Assembly: GCA_017527825.1 (NCBI GenBank)
Contig: JAFXPO010000040.1
Span: 19,952-51,951 of the forward strand
Reading direction: 5' to 3'
From: Oscillospiraceae bacterium
Lineage (GTDB): Bacteria; Bacillota; Clostridia; Oscillospirales; Oscillospiraceae
Length of the DNA: 32,000 nucleotides
The translations under genes were made by a program, and so were the position numbers. Below the pieces are notes generated by a model that was not told the origin of the DNA, did no database searches, and saw only the letters and a program-made list of their open reading frames with translations. Of this stretch, positions 23,324 to 31,594 are shown piece by piece. Every line of letters starts with the position of its first letter. Position 1 is the first letter of the stretch.

Positions 23324-25338
23324 AGCCCCATCTCCTTCATATTCTTCGAGATGGTTTCCATCAGCGAATTGCTCTCCGCCTGCAAGGTCAAAAGCTCCGC
23401 GTGTATCTCCTTCATGCGCGCGGCGAAATCCACGCCGTCGTCCTCGGTCGGCGCGACGCCGACATACGCGCCCGGCGTGAGCGACCAGCCCTTGTCCTCG
23501 ATCTCCGCGCGCGTGGCAACTTTGCACAAGCCGGGAATATCGGCGTATGCGCCAACCCCAAACTTCTCATAGAGCCAAGCTGCTTCGGCAATCGTTTTGA
23601 GGCAATCGCTGATCTCTTCGACAAATGTATCAATAGTGCCGTTCAAGCTCTTTGTAAACCATTTGCCGCGCGCAGGTCCTTTCCCAGCATAGCTCTCCAC
23701 AAACGCCTTAACCTCGTGGTTTAGCTTGTTTTCCTCTATATGTGCTGCAAACTTCGCCGCCGCCGCTTTTACCTCGCGTTGATATTCGCCCAATGCATTT
23801 TTGATTGATTCACACTCGGAAAGACTAATTCCGTCTTCCACCCTGCGCCTGAGCGCAAAGGCTTTTTCGTATGCCTCCGTATAGAATGGCGGTAGCATGA
23901 GATGTGTCAGAGATTCTGCTTGAAAATCGACAATCGAGCAGATGGAGCGAATAATTGCGCCCTCATACTCCTTAAGCAAGCCCCGGTACTTCTCCGCCTC
24001 GCCGCGATAGAGCCAGACGATAGCGTTCAGGTTCTTGAGCTGCCACTCGCTCCACTCGTTGAGCGTGCGGTCGACCACGGTATAATAGTTGCGGGCGTCG
24101 ATGAACAGTACCTTGTCCCGCAGCTCCTCGCGCTTGCCCTTGTCGAAGAACCAGAGGGAACAAGGCAGGCTCTTGGTGTAGAAGAAGTTATTGCCGACGC
24201 TGACCATCACGTCCACATGACCGCTCTCCACCAGCTTTTGGCGGATGTCCTTGTCCTTGCCCTGGCTGTCGGTGGCGGAGGACGCCATGACAAAGCCCGC
24301 GCGGCCTTTTTCGTTCAGATAGGCGTAAAAATACGAAATCCAGAGATAGTTGGCATTTCCGAACTCCTTCTTCGCGTTGATGGCGGGCAAGCCGAAGGGC
24401 AGGCGTCCGGCGCTCTGCGCTGTCTCGGCGTTGACCTTGTCCACGTTAAAGGGCGGATTCGCCATCACATAGTCACATTCGCCCGCGAGGTTGTGGGCGT
24501 CGTGGTAGAAGGTGTTCGCCTCGTCGCCGGACTTGATGACGCCGGTCAGCCCATGCACCGCCATGTTCATCAGGCAGAGCTGGGCGTTGTACTCGACCTT
24601 TTCCTGCCCGTAAAAGGTCATGGCGCTGTTGGCGGACATGCCCGCCTGATTGACAAAATCGCCGGTCTGGACAAACATACCGCCGCTGCCGCAGGCGGGG
24701 TCGAGCAGCACGCCGCCCTTGGGCTCCAGCACGTTGACGATCATCTTGACGAGGGACTTGGGCGTGAAGAATACGCCGTCGTCCTGCGCGATGTTCTTGG
24801 CGAATTTGTTGAGGAAGTATTCATAGATGCGCCCAATCACGTCGCCGCCGACCTCGTCGAGCGCGTTATTGTTGAAGATACGCAGCAGCTTATCCAGCAG
24901 CGCGTCCGGGAACATAGTGTAGTCTTTGGGCAGTACACCGTGGAGCTGCTCGCTTTGCGCCTCGATCAGTTCCATGGCGTTGTTGACCACCTCGCCGAGG
25001 CTGTTCATGACATGGCCGGACGCATTTTTGATATTTGCGGAGGGTATATTGGCTGGCAGGTTGAGCAAAAAGTCATACTGCGCCTCTTTTGGGAGAAACA
25101 GCGCGCTCTTGGAGGCAAAGTCGCTCGCCTCGACGGGCAGAACGCGCCCGCCGCGCGTGGGGCGGTCTTTCGTGATCTCCCGCTCCACCAGCTTGAACCG
25201 GCTGTAGGCGTAGCGGAGGAAAATCAGCCCCAGCACAGGCATACAGTATTGGTTCGAGGTCAGCTTGGATTCCGCGCGGAGCAAGTCCGCGGATTCCCAC
25301 AAATCGCTTTCAAGCTTTCGGATGCTGCGATTGTCCAT
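23320..25338 (-). CDS. hsdM: type I R-M N6-adenine DNA methyltransferase subunit
   Basis: 672 aa. The HsdM N-terminal pattern is LWESADLLRA. The SAM motif is LLDPACGSGGMF and the catalytic motif is NPPFN. Confidence 0.95.
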   Translation of the reverse strand: MDNRSIRKLESDLWESADLLRAESKLTSNQYCMPVLGLIFLRYAYSRFKLVEREITKDRPTRGGRVLPVEASDFASKSALFLPKEAQYDFLLNLPANIPSANIKNASGHVMNSLGEVVNNAMELIEAQSEQLHGVLPKDYTMFPDALLDKLLRIFNNNALDEVGGDVIGRIYEYFLNKFAKNIAQDDGVFFTPKSLVKMIVNVLEPKGGVLLDPACGSGGMFVQTGDFVNQAGMSANSAMTFYGQEKVEYNAQLCLMNMAVHGLTGVIKSGDEANTFYHDAHNLAGECDYVMANPPFNVDKVNAETAQSAGRLPFGLPAINAKKEFGNANYLWISYFYAYLNEKGRAGFVMASSATDSQGKDKDIRQKLVESGHVDVMVSVGNNFFYTKSLPCSLWFFDKGKREELRDKVLFIDARNYYTVVDRTLNEWSEWQLKNLNAIVWLYRGEAEKYRGLLKEYEGAIIRSICSIVDFQAESLTHLMLPPFYTEAYEKAFALRRRVEDGISLSECESIKNALGEYQREVKAAAAKFAAHIEENKLNHEVKAFVESYAGKGPARGKWFTKSLNGTIDTFVEEISDCLKTIAEAAWLYEKFGVGAYADIPGLCKVATRAEIEDKGWSLTPGAYVGVAPTEDDGVDFAARMKEIHAELLTLQAESNSLMETISKNMKEMGL

Positions 25339-25408
25339 ATCGTGTACCTTCCTGTGGGCGAGAATACCCTTGCATTTTCTGACACCATTCTACAATGGTT
25401 TCTATATG

Positions 25409-27664
25409 TCATTCAAATTGAATCTCTTCTTGGTTTGCGTTATAGAGTTCAAGTTTCTGCTGAATATCAAGTTCGTTTACGATCCAACCCCTTAACGTAC
25501 AAGCTCTGATAAAATCCTGAATGCGGTTAATACCGTTGATTTCCCGCAAAGTGACGACCGCGCCGAAATTCAGACCATGCATTGTGCGGGAAGCTAACCG
25601 CTCCTTTGATGTAATGGCTATTCCCCACAGGCGTTCTTCGTAGGCTTTCGCCGGACGGTTACCACGTTTCAGCACCTTGGAAATAAACTTGGTATTCTCC
25701 CACTTTCGAAAGTCCTTGCGTGACTGTCTCTCGTCAACGTGGGCAATCTCTTCGTCCTGAACATTATCGTTGATATCGTCTATGGTGCCATTGGTTTTAA
25801 CACGCCCGAACTGCAGAGATAATTCTCTGCTTGTGTAATCAACGCCCTGAGACCTTGTGCATTCGGGGAAGTAGCAAAGTGTTGCACGAGCGATATAAGG
25901 GTACTTTCCATCCTCGTCTTTGGGAATCGGTATGGCATAGTTGGTTGTTTTATAAGATTTGGAGGTGCCATAGACTATAAAACGAATCTCATCACTATCG
26001 GTGGAAAGCAGCTTTTCTATATTAATTGGGACAACACCATAACCAAGAGTGTTTCTGTGAAGATATGTAGAAGCCTTGTATTCCCATCCTGCGGCGGAAT
26101 CAATGAGGAGAGCTTTCGCAACCTCACGCGGGAGGCCCATAATATCGATTAGATAGCATAGCTTTCTGCTGATCCATGGCGCGGCAAAAGAGGTTCCGTA
26201 GACGTCCTCTCTGCCGTATGGCGAGTACGCAACGATTCTTTCATCATAATCGCCGCCATAATAGGAAATGTCCGGCTTGCTAAAGAAAGACAGCACCGTG
26301 CCTTCGCGTGAGTATGAGGCTGGTATGCCACTACGTTTCACGGAATTGACAACGATGGCATTTAAGGAATCTGCCGGAGAACCGATTCTCAGCCGTGGAG
26401 AGCGATTTTGCTGTTCATCATTCGTGCCGGATATGACAAATAAAACGTTTTTCTGGGATTGCAGCTCGTCTAAAACTGAGGCATCAAAAGAGATAAAGTT
26501 TTTGGAAACCTCGTCCTCGGTGCCAAGAGAGAGATTCCAGACATGAATATCCGGATTCCTCGAAACGATTTCTTTGATTTTCCTAACAAGCCGAGGAACG
26601 GATATTTTGTCGCCGCAAACGCCAAAGTGGCGTACACGAAAGCGTCCGCATCCGTCGTCAAGCCACGGATTCAGGGTGGGACCATCCACGATGATCGAAG
26701 ACACCTCCGTCCCGTGGTTTTTCCAATCGTCTCGAACCATCGATTGTTCTATATCGGAAAGATAGTCTATATTCTCGACCCAATCGCGAAAGTAAACGCT
26801 TTCGTCAAAAAGTGTATCTATCACACCGATGACAGGCTCATTGGCTGGAGACGGAATGTCGATTTCTTCCCGTGTCGGTGCACCTGTGATCTGGTCGATT
26901 CTGATTTGTGAAAAATCCGTTGAGATCATTGAGATCATGTAAGGAACATGGCTCTCAAGAAAGTTATAAAAATCCTTCGTAACAGAAATGGTATCTTTCC
27001 CGTAAGACGAATAGTGGTATCGTGCATCGTCGACCTTGAGCTTTTCCATTAGTTTTTCCAGCGGTAATTCTGTCTGGTAAAACGTAAGCAAGAAAGTATC
27101 GCTCTCAGGAACAGCCGAAATGCCCGGTACTGAAAAAGAATCAATTACAGAGCAGTCAACAATGATATGGCGCAGTTGGGCTTTGCTTAGTTCGAACCCA
27201 GTATAGTCAATCTCGCAGTCCGGTTCGTTGAAGTTTTTGTGCGTTGCTTTGCCACTTAGCTGATCTTTGAGAAACTTCTGTGCAATTCTTAGATTATGAA
27301 TTGTTCGTACAATCGTTGCAGCATCCACATAATATGTGATAATATGATTTTCCTCGCCAGCAGGTGCATCGGAAAACCTCGCTCCGACAACAATGTCGTT
27401 TGTTTGTACTGACCCTGTTGGCTTGAGCACTTCCCTGACCCTGTTGGACTTTGCAATGATATCATTGTAATTCACATCGATCAGTATCTTGTCGAGCATT
27501 TTGGGAATTCCCCTATAATAACGCAATACGGCGTTCAGGTCATCAACCAGAGCATCAATTTTCTCGGACGTCGTATGATCCCGCACTCTCAGATTCCGAG
27601 CTCCAGGACGTTGCCTGTTCTTCTCACTAGCAAATCGAAGCTTTATCTGTAATAAATGGTTCAT
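25409..27664 (-). CDS. ietS: S8 (subtilisin-like) serine peptidase with a roughly 270-aa unknown N-terminal region; IetS-like
   Basis: 751 aa. The catalytic triad is in canonical order: VIGVIDTLFD (Asp), HGTEVSSII (His), GTSFAAPWIS (Ser), with oxyanion Asn in VWNLSLG. Its ATG overlaps the upstream AAA ATPase stop (ATGA). The symbol is given on architecture only (AAA ATPase plus S8 protease pair). Confidence 0.7.
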   Translation of the reverse strand: MNHLLQIKLRFASEKNRQRPGARNLRVRDHTTSEKIDALVDDLNAVLRYYRGIPKMLDKILIDVNYNDIIAKSNRVREVLKPTGSVQTNDIVVGARFSDAPAGEENHIITYYVDAATIVRTIHNLRIAQKFLKDQLSGKATHKNFNEPDCEIDYTGFELSKAQLRHIIVDCSVIDSFSVPGISAVPESDTFLLTFYQTELPLEKLMEKLKVDDARYHYSSYGKDTISVTKDFYNFLESHVPYMISMISTDFSQIRIDQITGAPTREEIDIPSPANEPVIGVIDTLFDESVYFRDWVENIDYLSDIEQSMVRDDWKNHGTEVSSIIVDGPTLNPWLDDGCGRFRVRHFGVCGDKISVPRLVRKIKEIVSRNPDIHVWNLSLGTEDEVSKNFISFDASVLDELQSQKNVLFVISGTNDEQQNRSPRLRIGSPADSLNAIVVNSVKRSGIPASYSREGTVLSFFSKPDISYYGGDYDERIVAYSPYGREDVYGTSFAAPWISRKLCYLIDIMGLPREVAKALLIDSAAGWEYKASTYLHRNTLGYGVVPINIEKLLSTDSDEIRFIVYGTSKSYKTTNYAIPIPKDEDGKYPYIARATLCYFPECTRSQGVDYTSRELSLQFGRVKTNGTIDDINDNVQDEEIAHVDERQSRKDFRKWENTKFISKVLKRGNRPAKAYEERLWGIAITSKERLASRTMHGLNFGAVVTLREINGINRIQDFIRACTLRGWIVNELDIQQKLELYNANQEEIQFE

Positions 27665-28701
27665 TTTGTATCCTTCAACTTTCTTGAAACACTACTTTTA
27701 GGAATCCTCGTGAGGATTTCTATTTCTCTTGTCGTATATCCCAGCTCGTTAAGTTTTTGGATATCAACAGTTTCAGGATTGCCATTCAGCGCAAGATATA
27801 TTTTTCTTAAATAATCGAATTCGCTTGTTTCATCGCTGAAAGCAATAGAAGTCTTGATTACTTGCTTTAAATCACCCGGATAGGGGATGTTGCCGAGGTT
27901 GCTGAGAATTTTGTGAAAAAGCCTCAAGTCCTGTTTTGATTTAACGGATTTTCTTAGATTTGACACAAGAATAGAATCGGCAATATCAATCAAATCCTCT
28001 CGAGAGTAACGGTCAAAAGATATGGCTGCGTCAAATCTCCGAATCAATGCTTTGTCCAGACTAGGAAAAAGATTGGTAGTTGCAATGATTGTTATCTTCT
28101 CATTGAGCGCATCAAGTTCTTTCAGGAACAAAGAGGTTACCCGTCCCATTTCGCGCAAATCATTTTGGTTAATTCTGTCCAGAACCAACGCATCAATTTC
28201 ATCAAATACCACAAGTACCTTGCTGAATGGCAGATGATTGATTTCGTCAAAAAGCGATGCAACATTCTTTGCTGTTTCGCCAAGTCTGCTGTCAATGAGT
28301 TGTTCAAAATCAACGGACAGGATATCGCGGTTTAAAATCCTTGCGATTTGATATGCTGATTCTGTCTTACCACTGCCAGGTGCTCCATAAAACAGAAATT
28401 TGGACAATCCAGCATTGTTGCTGATTGACCGTGTGATTCCAACAATATCTTCCTCGATAATGTTGGGAAGCAAGAGGGGCTGCGCAGAGTATTCTTTCTT
28501 TTTTAGATATCTCAAACTTTTGTAGCTTGCCTGCGGTACATAGAAATTCGCATTGGAAATCAGCTCCATAAGGTATTCTGCTACGGAAGTATCGCCGCTT
28601 TCATCAAATTCTTTTGCGATTTTTGCTACCTCGGACGCAAATGCTTCCTCATTGTTTTCAACATGATATCGAATCAAATTCACCAAATTTTGTTTTTTCA
28701 T
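27661..28701 (-). CDS. ietA: AAA-family ATPase with C-terminal HTH-like tail; IetA-like
   Basis: The start is at ATG 28701 (MKKQNLVNLIRYH...). Walker A is FYGAPGSGKTE and Walker B is LVVFDEIDAL. The arginine-finger region is ALIRRFD. The C-terminal LGYTTREIEILTRIPKSSVSRKLK looks like an HTH. The symbol is from architecture only. Confidence 0.7.
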   Translation of the reverse strand: MKKQNLVNLIRYHVENNEEAFASEVAKIAKEFDESGDTSVAEYLMELISNANFYVPQASYKSLRYLKKKEYSAQPLLLPNIIEEDIVGITRSISNNAGLSKFLFYGAPGSGKTESAYQIARILNRDILSVDFEQLIDSRLGETAKNVASLFDEINHLPFSKVLVVFDEIDALVLDRINQNDLREMGRVTSLFLKELDALNEKITIIATTNLFPSLDKALIRRFDAAISFDRYSREDLIDIADSILVSNLRKSVKSKQDLRLFHKILSNLGNIPYPGDLKQVIKTSIAFSDETSEFDYLRKIYLALNGNPETVDIQKLNELGYTTREIEILTRIPKSSVSRKLKDTK

Positions 28702-28718
28702 CTTATTCACCCTTTTAT

Positions 28719-28747
28719 AGTATAACAAGCAGCGGGGCAAATGTCAA
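28719..28747 (-). promoter_or_regulatory. near-consensus sigma-A promoter heading the ietA-to-tautomerase gene string
   Basis: On the reverse strand: TTGACA (28747-28742), a 17-nt spacer, TATACT (28724-28719). The ATG 28701 is only about 18 nt after the -10, so the leader is very short. Confidence 0.6.
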
Positions 28748-28875
28748 CAGAAATGGGACGCATTGTATATGTCTATGAGGCGCGGCAACGAAAAGTTTCG
28801 TGGCACTTGGCTGTTCCATTTGGCTCATGTCGCCGTATATCGGCATAAATTAGCGATTTTCGAACAAACGTAATC

Positions 28876-28904
28876 TTGCTTTTTTGCCGATAACGGCGTA
28901 TACT
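28876..28904 (+). promoter_or_regulatory. sigma-A type promoter for the fic operon
   Basis: TTGCTT (28876-28881), a 17-nt spacer, TATACT (28899-28904). Confidence 0.55.
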
Positions 28905-28935
28905 ATCCTCGACCAATATGCAGGAGGTGAGGGCG

Positions 28936-29823
28936 TTGAACTATCGTTCCGTTGCGGAAGCAGCGAGATTGTGGGGCGTTTCCGAACGCAGTGTGCGCAA
29001 TTACTGCGCCGAGGGGCGTGTCGAGGGCGCGGTGCTGATCGGCAAGACGTGGCACATTCCGGCGGCGGCGTCCAAGCCGGAGCGGCTGAACATGCATGAC
29101 GATACGCCGAAGGATCTGCTCTCGCGTCTGCGGGCGGAGAAGGCGGCGAAGCTGCGTGGCGGGATTTACCACAGGGTACAGATCGACCTGACCTACAACT
29201 CCAACCACATCGAGGGTAGTCGCCTCACGCACGACCAGACGCGCCTCATCTTCGAGACGAACACGATCGGCGGCGCAGAGGCGGTCAGGGTGGACGATGT
29301 GGTGGAGACTGCAAACCATTTCAAGTGTATCGACATGGTCATCGACAGCGTCGCCTACGCGCCGAGTGAAGCGTTCATCAAGCAGCTCCACTCGACCTTA
29401 AAGAGCGGCACGAGCGACGCGCGGCTCGACTGGTTCGCGGTCGGTGATTACAAGAAGCTTCCAAACGAGGTCGGCGGCAAAGAAACAACGCTGCCGGAGA
29501 ATGTTCCGGCGGCGATGAAGGAGCTGCTGGCGAGGTACAACGAAGAAAAGGAAAAGACGCTCGACGACCTGCTGGATTTCCACTACCGCTTCGAGCGCAT
29601 CCACCCGTTTCAGGACGGCAACGGGCGCGTTGGGCGGCTGCTGCTGTTCAAGGAATGCCTGCGCCATAAGATCGTACCGTTTATCATCACGGAGGAGCTG
29701 AAGTTTTACTACTATCGCGGACTGCAAAACTGGGAAAAAGAGCGCGGTTATTTGCGCGACACCTGCCTGACGGCGCAGGATGCGTTCCGCGAGACGTTGG
29801 CATATTTCAGGATCGAGCCGTGA
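28936..29823 (+). CDS. Fic-family protein (AMPylase-type motif) with N-terminal excisionase-type HTH
   Basis: The Fic motif HPFQDGNGRVGR matches HxFx(D/E)GNGRxxR. SNHIEG matches the intramolecular inhibitory (S/T)xxxE(G/N) motif. The N-terminus YRSVAEAARLWGVSERSVRNYCAEGRV is an HTH. The start is placed at TTG 28936 (AGGAGG 8 nt upstream). The ORF-track ATG 28918 would sit only about 7 nt from the predicted transcription start and has no RBS. Confidence 0.85.
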   Translation: MNYRSVAEAARLWGVSERSVRNYCAEGRVEGAVLIGKTWHIPAAASKPERLNMHDDTPKDLLSRLRAEKAAKLRGGIYHRVQIDLTYNSNHIEGSRLTHDQTRLIFETNTIGGAEAVRVDDVVETANHFKCIDMVIDSVAYAPSEAFIKQLHSTLKSGTSDARLDWFAVGDYKKLPNEVGGKETTLPENVPAAMKELLARYNEEKEKTLDDLLDFHYRFERIHPFQDGNGRVGRLLLFKECLRHKIVPFIITEELKFYYYRGLQNWEKERGYLRDTCLTAQDAFRETLAYFRIEP

Positions 29824-29837
29824 GGGAGGTATCGCTT

Positions 29838-30422
29838 TTGACCGTCATTGATATTTCACAGGAGGTTTTCTCCTGTCAGGTATACCCCGGTGATCCGAAG
29901 CCCGAGAAAAGCACGCTTTCCGGCATCGCGGACGGCGGCGTCTGCAACCTGACCGCGTTTTCCATGTGCGCCCACAACGGCACGCACGTTGACGCGCCGT
30001 ACCACTTCATTGAGGGCGGCAAGAGGATCGACGAGCTGGACGTGTCCGTATTCGTGGGCGACGCTTATGTGGCGCGGAATGAGGGCGACGTAACGGCGGC
30101 GGACGCGAAGGGAATCCTTGACCGCGCGGCGGCAGAGAACGCCGCGGAGCGCATCCTGATTGCGGGACGCGCGACGGTTACGGCGGAGGCGGCGCGCGTG
30201 TTCGCGGACGCGGGGATCAAGCTGCTTGGCAACGAGTCGCAAACCGTCGGGCCGGAGGACGCGCCGATGGAAGTGCATCTCATCCTGCTGGGCGCGGGCG
30301 TCGTGCTGTTGGAAGGCGTCCGCCTCGGCGGCGTGAGCGAGGGGAAATACCTGCTCAGCGCCGCGCCGCTGAACCTTGGCGGCTGTGACGGCGCGCCCTG
30401 CCGCGCGGTGCTGATGCGATAG
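29838..30422 (+). CDS. cyclase-family protein (kynurenine formamidase-like metal hydrolase fold)
   Basis: HNGTHVDAPYH matches the HxGTHxDxPxH cyclase-family motif. The start is placed at TTG 29838 (GGGAGG 8 nt upstream). The ORF-track GTG 29820 overlaps the fic stop and is the alternative. Confidence 0.8.
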   Translation: MTVIDISQEVFSCQVYPGDPKPEKSTLSGIADGGVCNLTAFSMCAHNGTHVDAPYHFIEGGKRIDELDVSVFVGDAYVARNEGDVTAADAKGILDRAAAENAAERILIAGRATVTAEAARVFADAGIKLLGNESQTVGPEDAPMEVHLILLGAGVVLLEGVRLGGVSEGKYLLSAAPLNLGGCDGAPCRAVLMR

Positions 30423-30432
30423 GAGGCGCGAT

Positions 30433-30966
30433 ATGAACATCACGGTCTATCTCGGCGCGAACGAGGGCGTTGACCCGACGTTCAAAACGGCGGTGCGCGA
30501 GCTTGGCGCATGGATCGGCGGGAGCGGTCACGCGCTCGTCTACGGCGGCTCGAAGTGCGGGCTGATGGGCGAGCTGGCGGAGAGCGTGCTGCAAGCGGGC
30601 GGCGAGGTCACGGGCGTGGAGCCGCAGTTCTTTATCGACGCGGGGTTTGAGTATGACGCCATCACGCGGCTCATTGTCACGCAGGATATGTCCGAGCGCA
30701 AGGCGAAGATGATCGAGCTGGGCGATGCGTTCATCGCGTTTCCCGGCGGAACGGGCACGCTGGAAGAGATCGCCGAGGTCATGAGCAAGGTGTCGCTGCG
30801 GCACCTCGACGCGCCGTGCATCCTCTACAACCTCGGCGGCTACTACAACGACCTTCGCGCGCTGCTCCGCCACATGATCGACATGGGGCTTTCCAGCGAG
30901 GAAAAACAGCAGGGCATTTACTTTGCCGACGATCTCGCGCAGATCAAGGCGATACTGGAACGCTGA
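30433..30966 (+). CDS. LOG-family (TIGR00730-type) nucleotide N-glycosidase / phosphoribohydrolase
   Basis: 177 aa, RBS AGGAGG. It has LVYGGSKCGLMG and the PGGTGTLEE motif characteristic of LOG/lysine-decarboxylase-like proteins. Confidence 0.85.
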   Translation: MNITVYLGANEGVDPTFKTAVRELGAWIGGSGHALVYGGSKCGLMGELAESVLQAGGEVTGVEPQFFIDAGFEYDAITRLIVTQDMSERKAKMIELGDAFIAFPGGTGTLEEIAEVMSKVSLRHLDAPCILYNLGGYYNDLRALLRHMIDMGLSSEEKQQGIYFADDLAQIKAILER

Positions 30967-30968
30967 CG

Positions 30969-31235
30969 ATGACGGAGCGGAATTACACCTACCTCCTGCG
31001 CTGCGCGGATGGGACGCTCTACTGCGGTTGGACGAACGACCTCGAAAAGCGCGTCGCGGCGCACAACGCAGGTATGGGCGCAAAGTACACGAAGCCGCGC
31101 CGCCCGGTGGAGCTCGCGTACTACGAGACCTTTGCAACCAAACAGGAGGCAATGCGCCGCGAAGCGGAAATCAAGCGACTGACGCGGCAGGAGAAGCTGG
31201 CGCTTTGTCAAACCTTTTACCAAATGTCGGAATAA
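30969..31235 (+). CDS. small GIY-YIG nuclease-domain protein (88 aa)
   Basis: The start is at ATG 30969, 2 nt after the LOG stop. YTYLLRCADGTLYCGWTNDLEKRVAAHN...YYETFATKQEAMRREAEIK carries the GIY-YIG core with conserved Arg and Glu. Confidence 0.85.
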   Translation: MTERNYTYLLRCADGTLYCGWTNDLEKRVAAHNAGMGAKYTKPRRPVELAYYETFATKQEAMRREAEIKRLTRQEKLALCQTFYQMSE

Positions 31236-31278
31236 TCTTTTGCCAATCGTCGGAAAAATTTTGCGCCAATCGTCGGAA
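31220..31278 (+). repeat. three direct 13-mers phased at exactly 23 bp
   Basis: CCAAATGTCGGAA (31220-31232), CCAATCGTCGGAA (31243-31255), CCAATCGTCGGAA (31266-31278). Each is preceded by a TTTT tract. The first copy lies in the last codons of the GIY-YIG gene. Confidence 0.65.
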
Positions 31279-31504
31279 TTTTGCTGGATGGTGAAAATGA
31301 GTTGTCGAGTATTACCGTGCTGCCTGCGGGATTGACGTTTCCTTTTAGTTACAGCGGCGAAAAATCTTCCGTTCAGACCACAGCACAGCTATAGATTTTC
31401 TCCGCAGCGTGCGGAAACGGCGGGACAAAGGTGCTAAAAAAATAATCATTTCGTAGTGGAAATCGGGAAAAGAGCGGAAAGCGCTATAAAAAAGTTTGCA
31501 GTTC

Positions 31505-31551
31505 GACTGGGGGTCAAGAGGCCGTGAGTTCAAGTCTCGCCACTCGGACCA
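31505..31551 (+). pseudogene. displaced 3' fragment of tRNA-Pro (positions 30-76, no 5' half)
   Basis: It is identical to 9425-9471. The sequence immediately upstream (31480-31504) has no similarity to the tRNA 5' half. Confidence 0.85.
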
Positions 31552-31555
31552 AAAT

Positions 31556-31594
31556 TCCGCCGAAATTGCTCGATTTCGGCGGAGTTTCTTTTTC
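31556..31594 (+). terminator. copy of the tRNA-Pro terminator hairpin
   Basis: Stem TCCGCCGAAAT / ATTTCGGCGGA with loop TGCTCG, followed by GTTTCTTTTT. Confidence 0.6.

Larger units (their letters stand above)
9489..31504. mobile_element. repeat-bounded, tRNA-Pro-associated mosaic genomic island (candidate)
   Basis: It is bounded by the 64-bp perfect direct repeats. It contains two integrases, an excisionase-type gene, defence genes and AT-rich segments. Its extent and unity are uncertain because it also carries housekeeping-like genes with host-like composition. Confidence 0.5.

Noticed and set aside
1110-25509. Many long ORFs on the opposite strand or in alternative frames of the GC-rich genes. 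Examples: 1110-2087(-), 2528-3826(-), 4711-5823(+), 6701-7720(+), 12185-14032(+), 15091-15942(-), 17826-18602(+), 18615-19541(+), 19914-20993(+), 23902-25509(+).
   Set aside because: They lie fully inside genes with clear family motifs. Their products are Arg/Ala/Gly/Pro-rich and low in complexity, they lack RBSs, and they are the expected stop-poor shadow frames of high-GC coding DNA.
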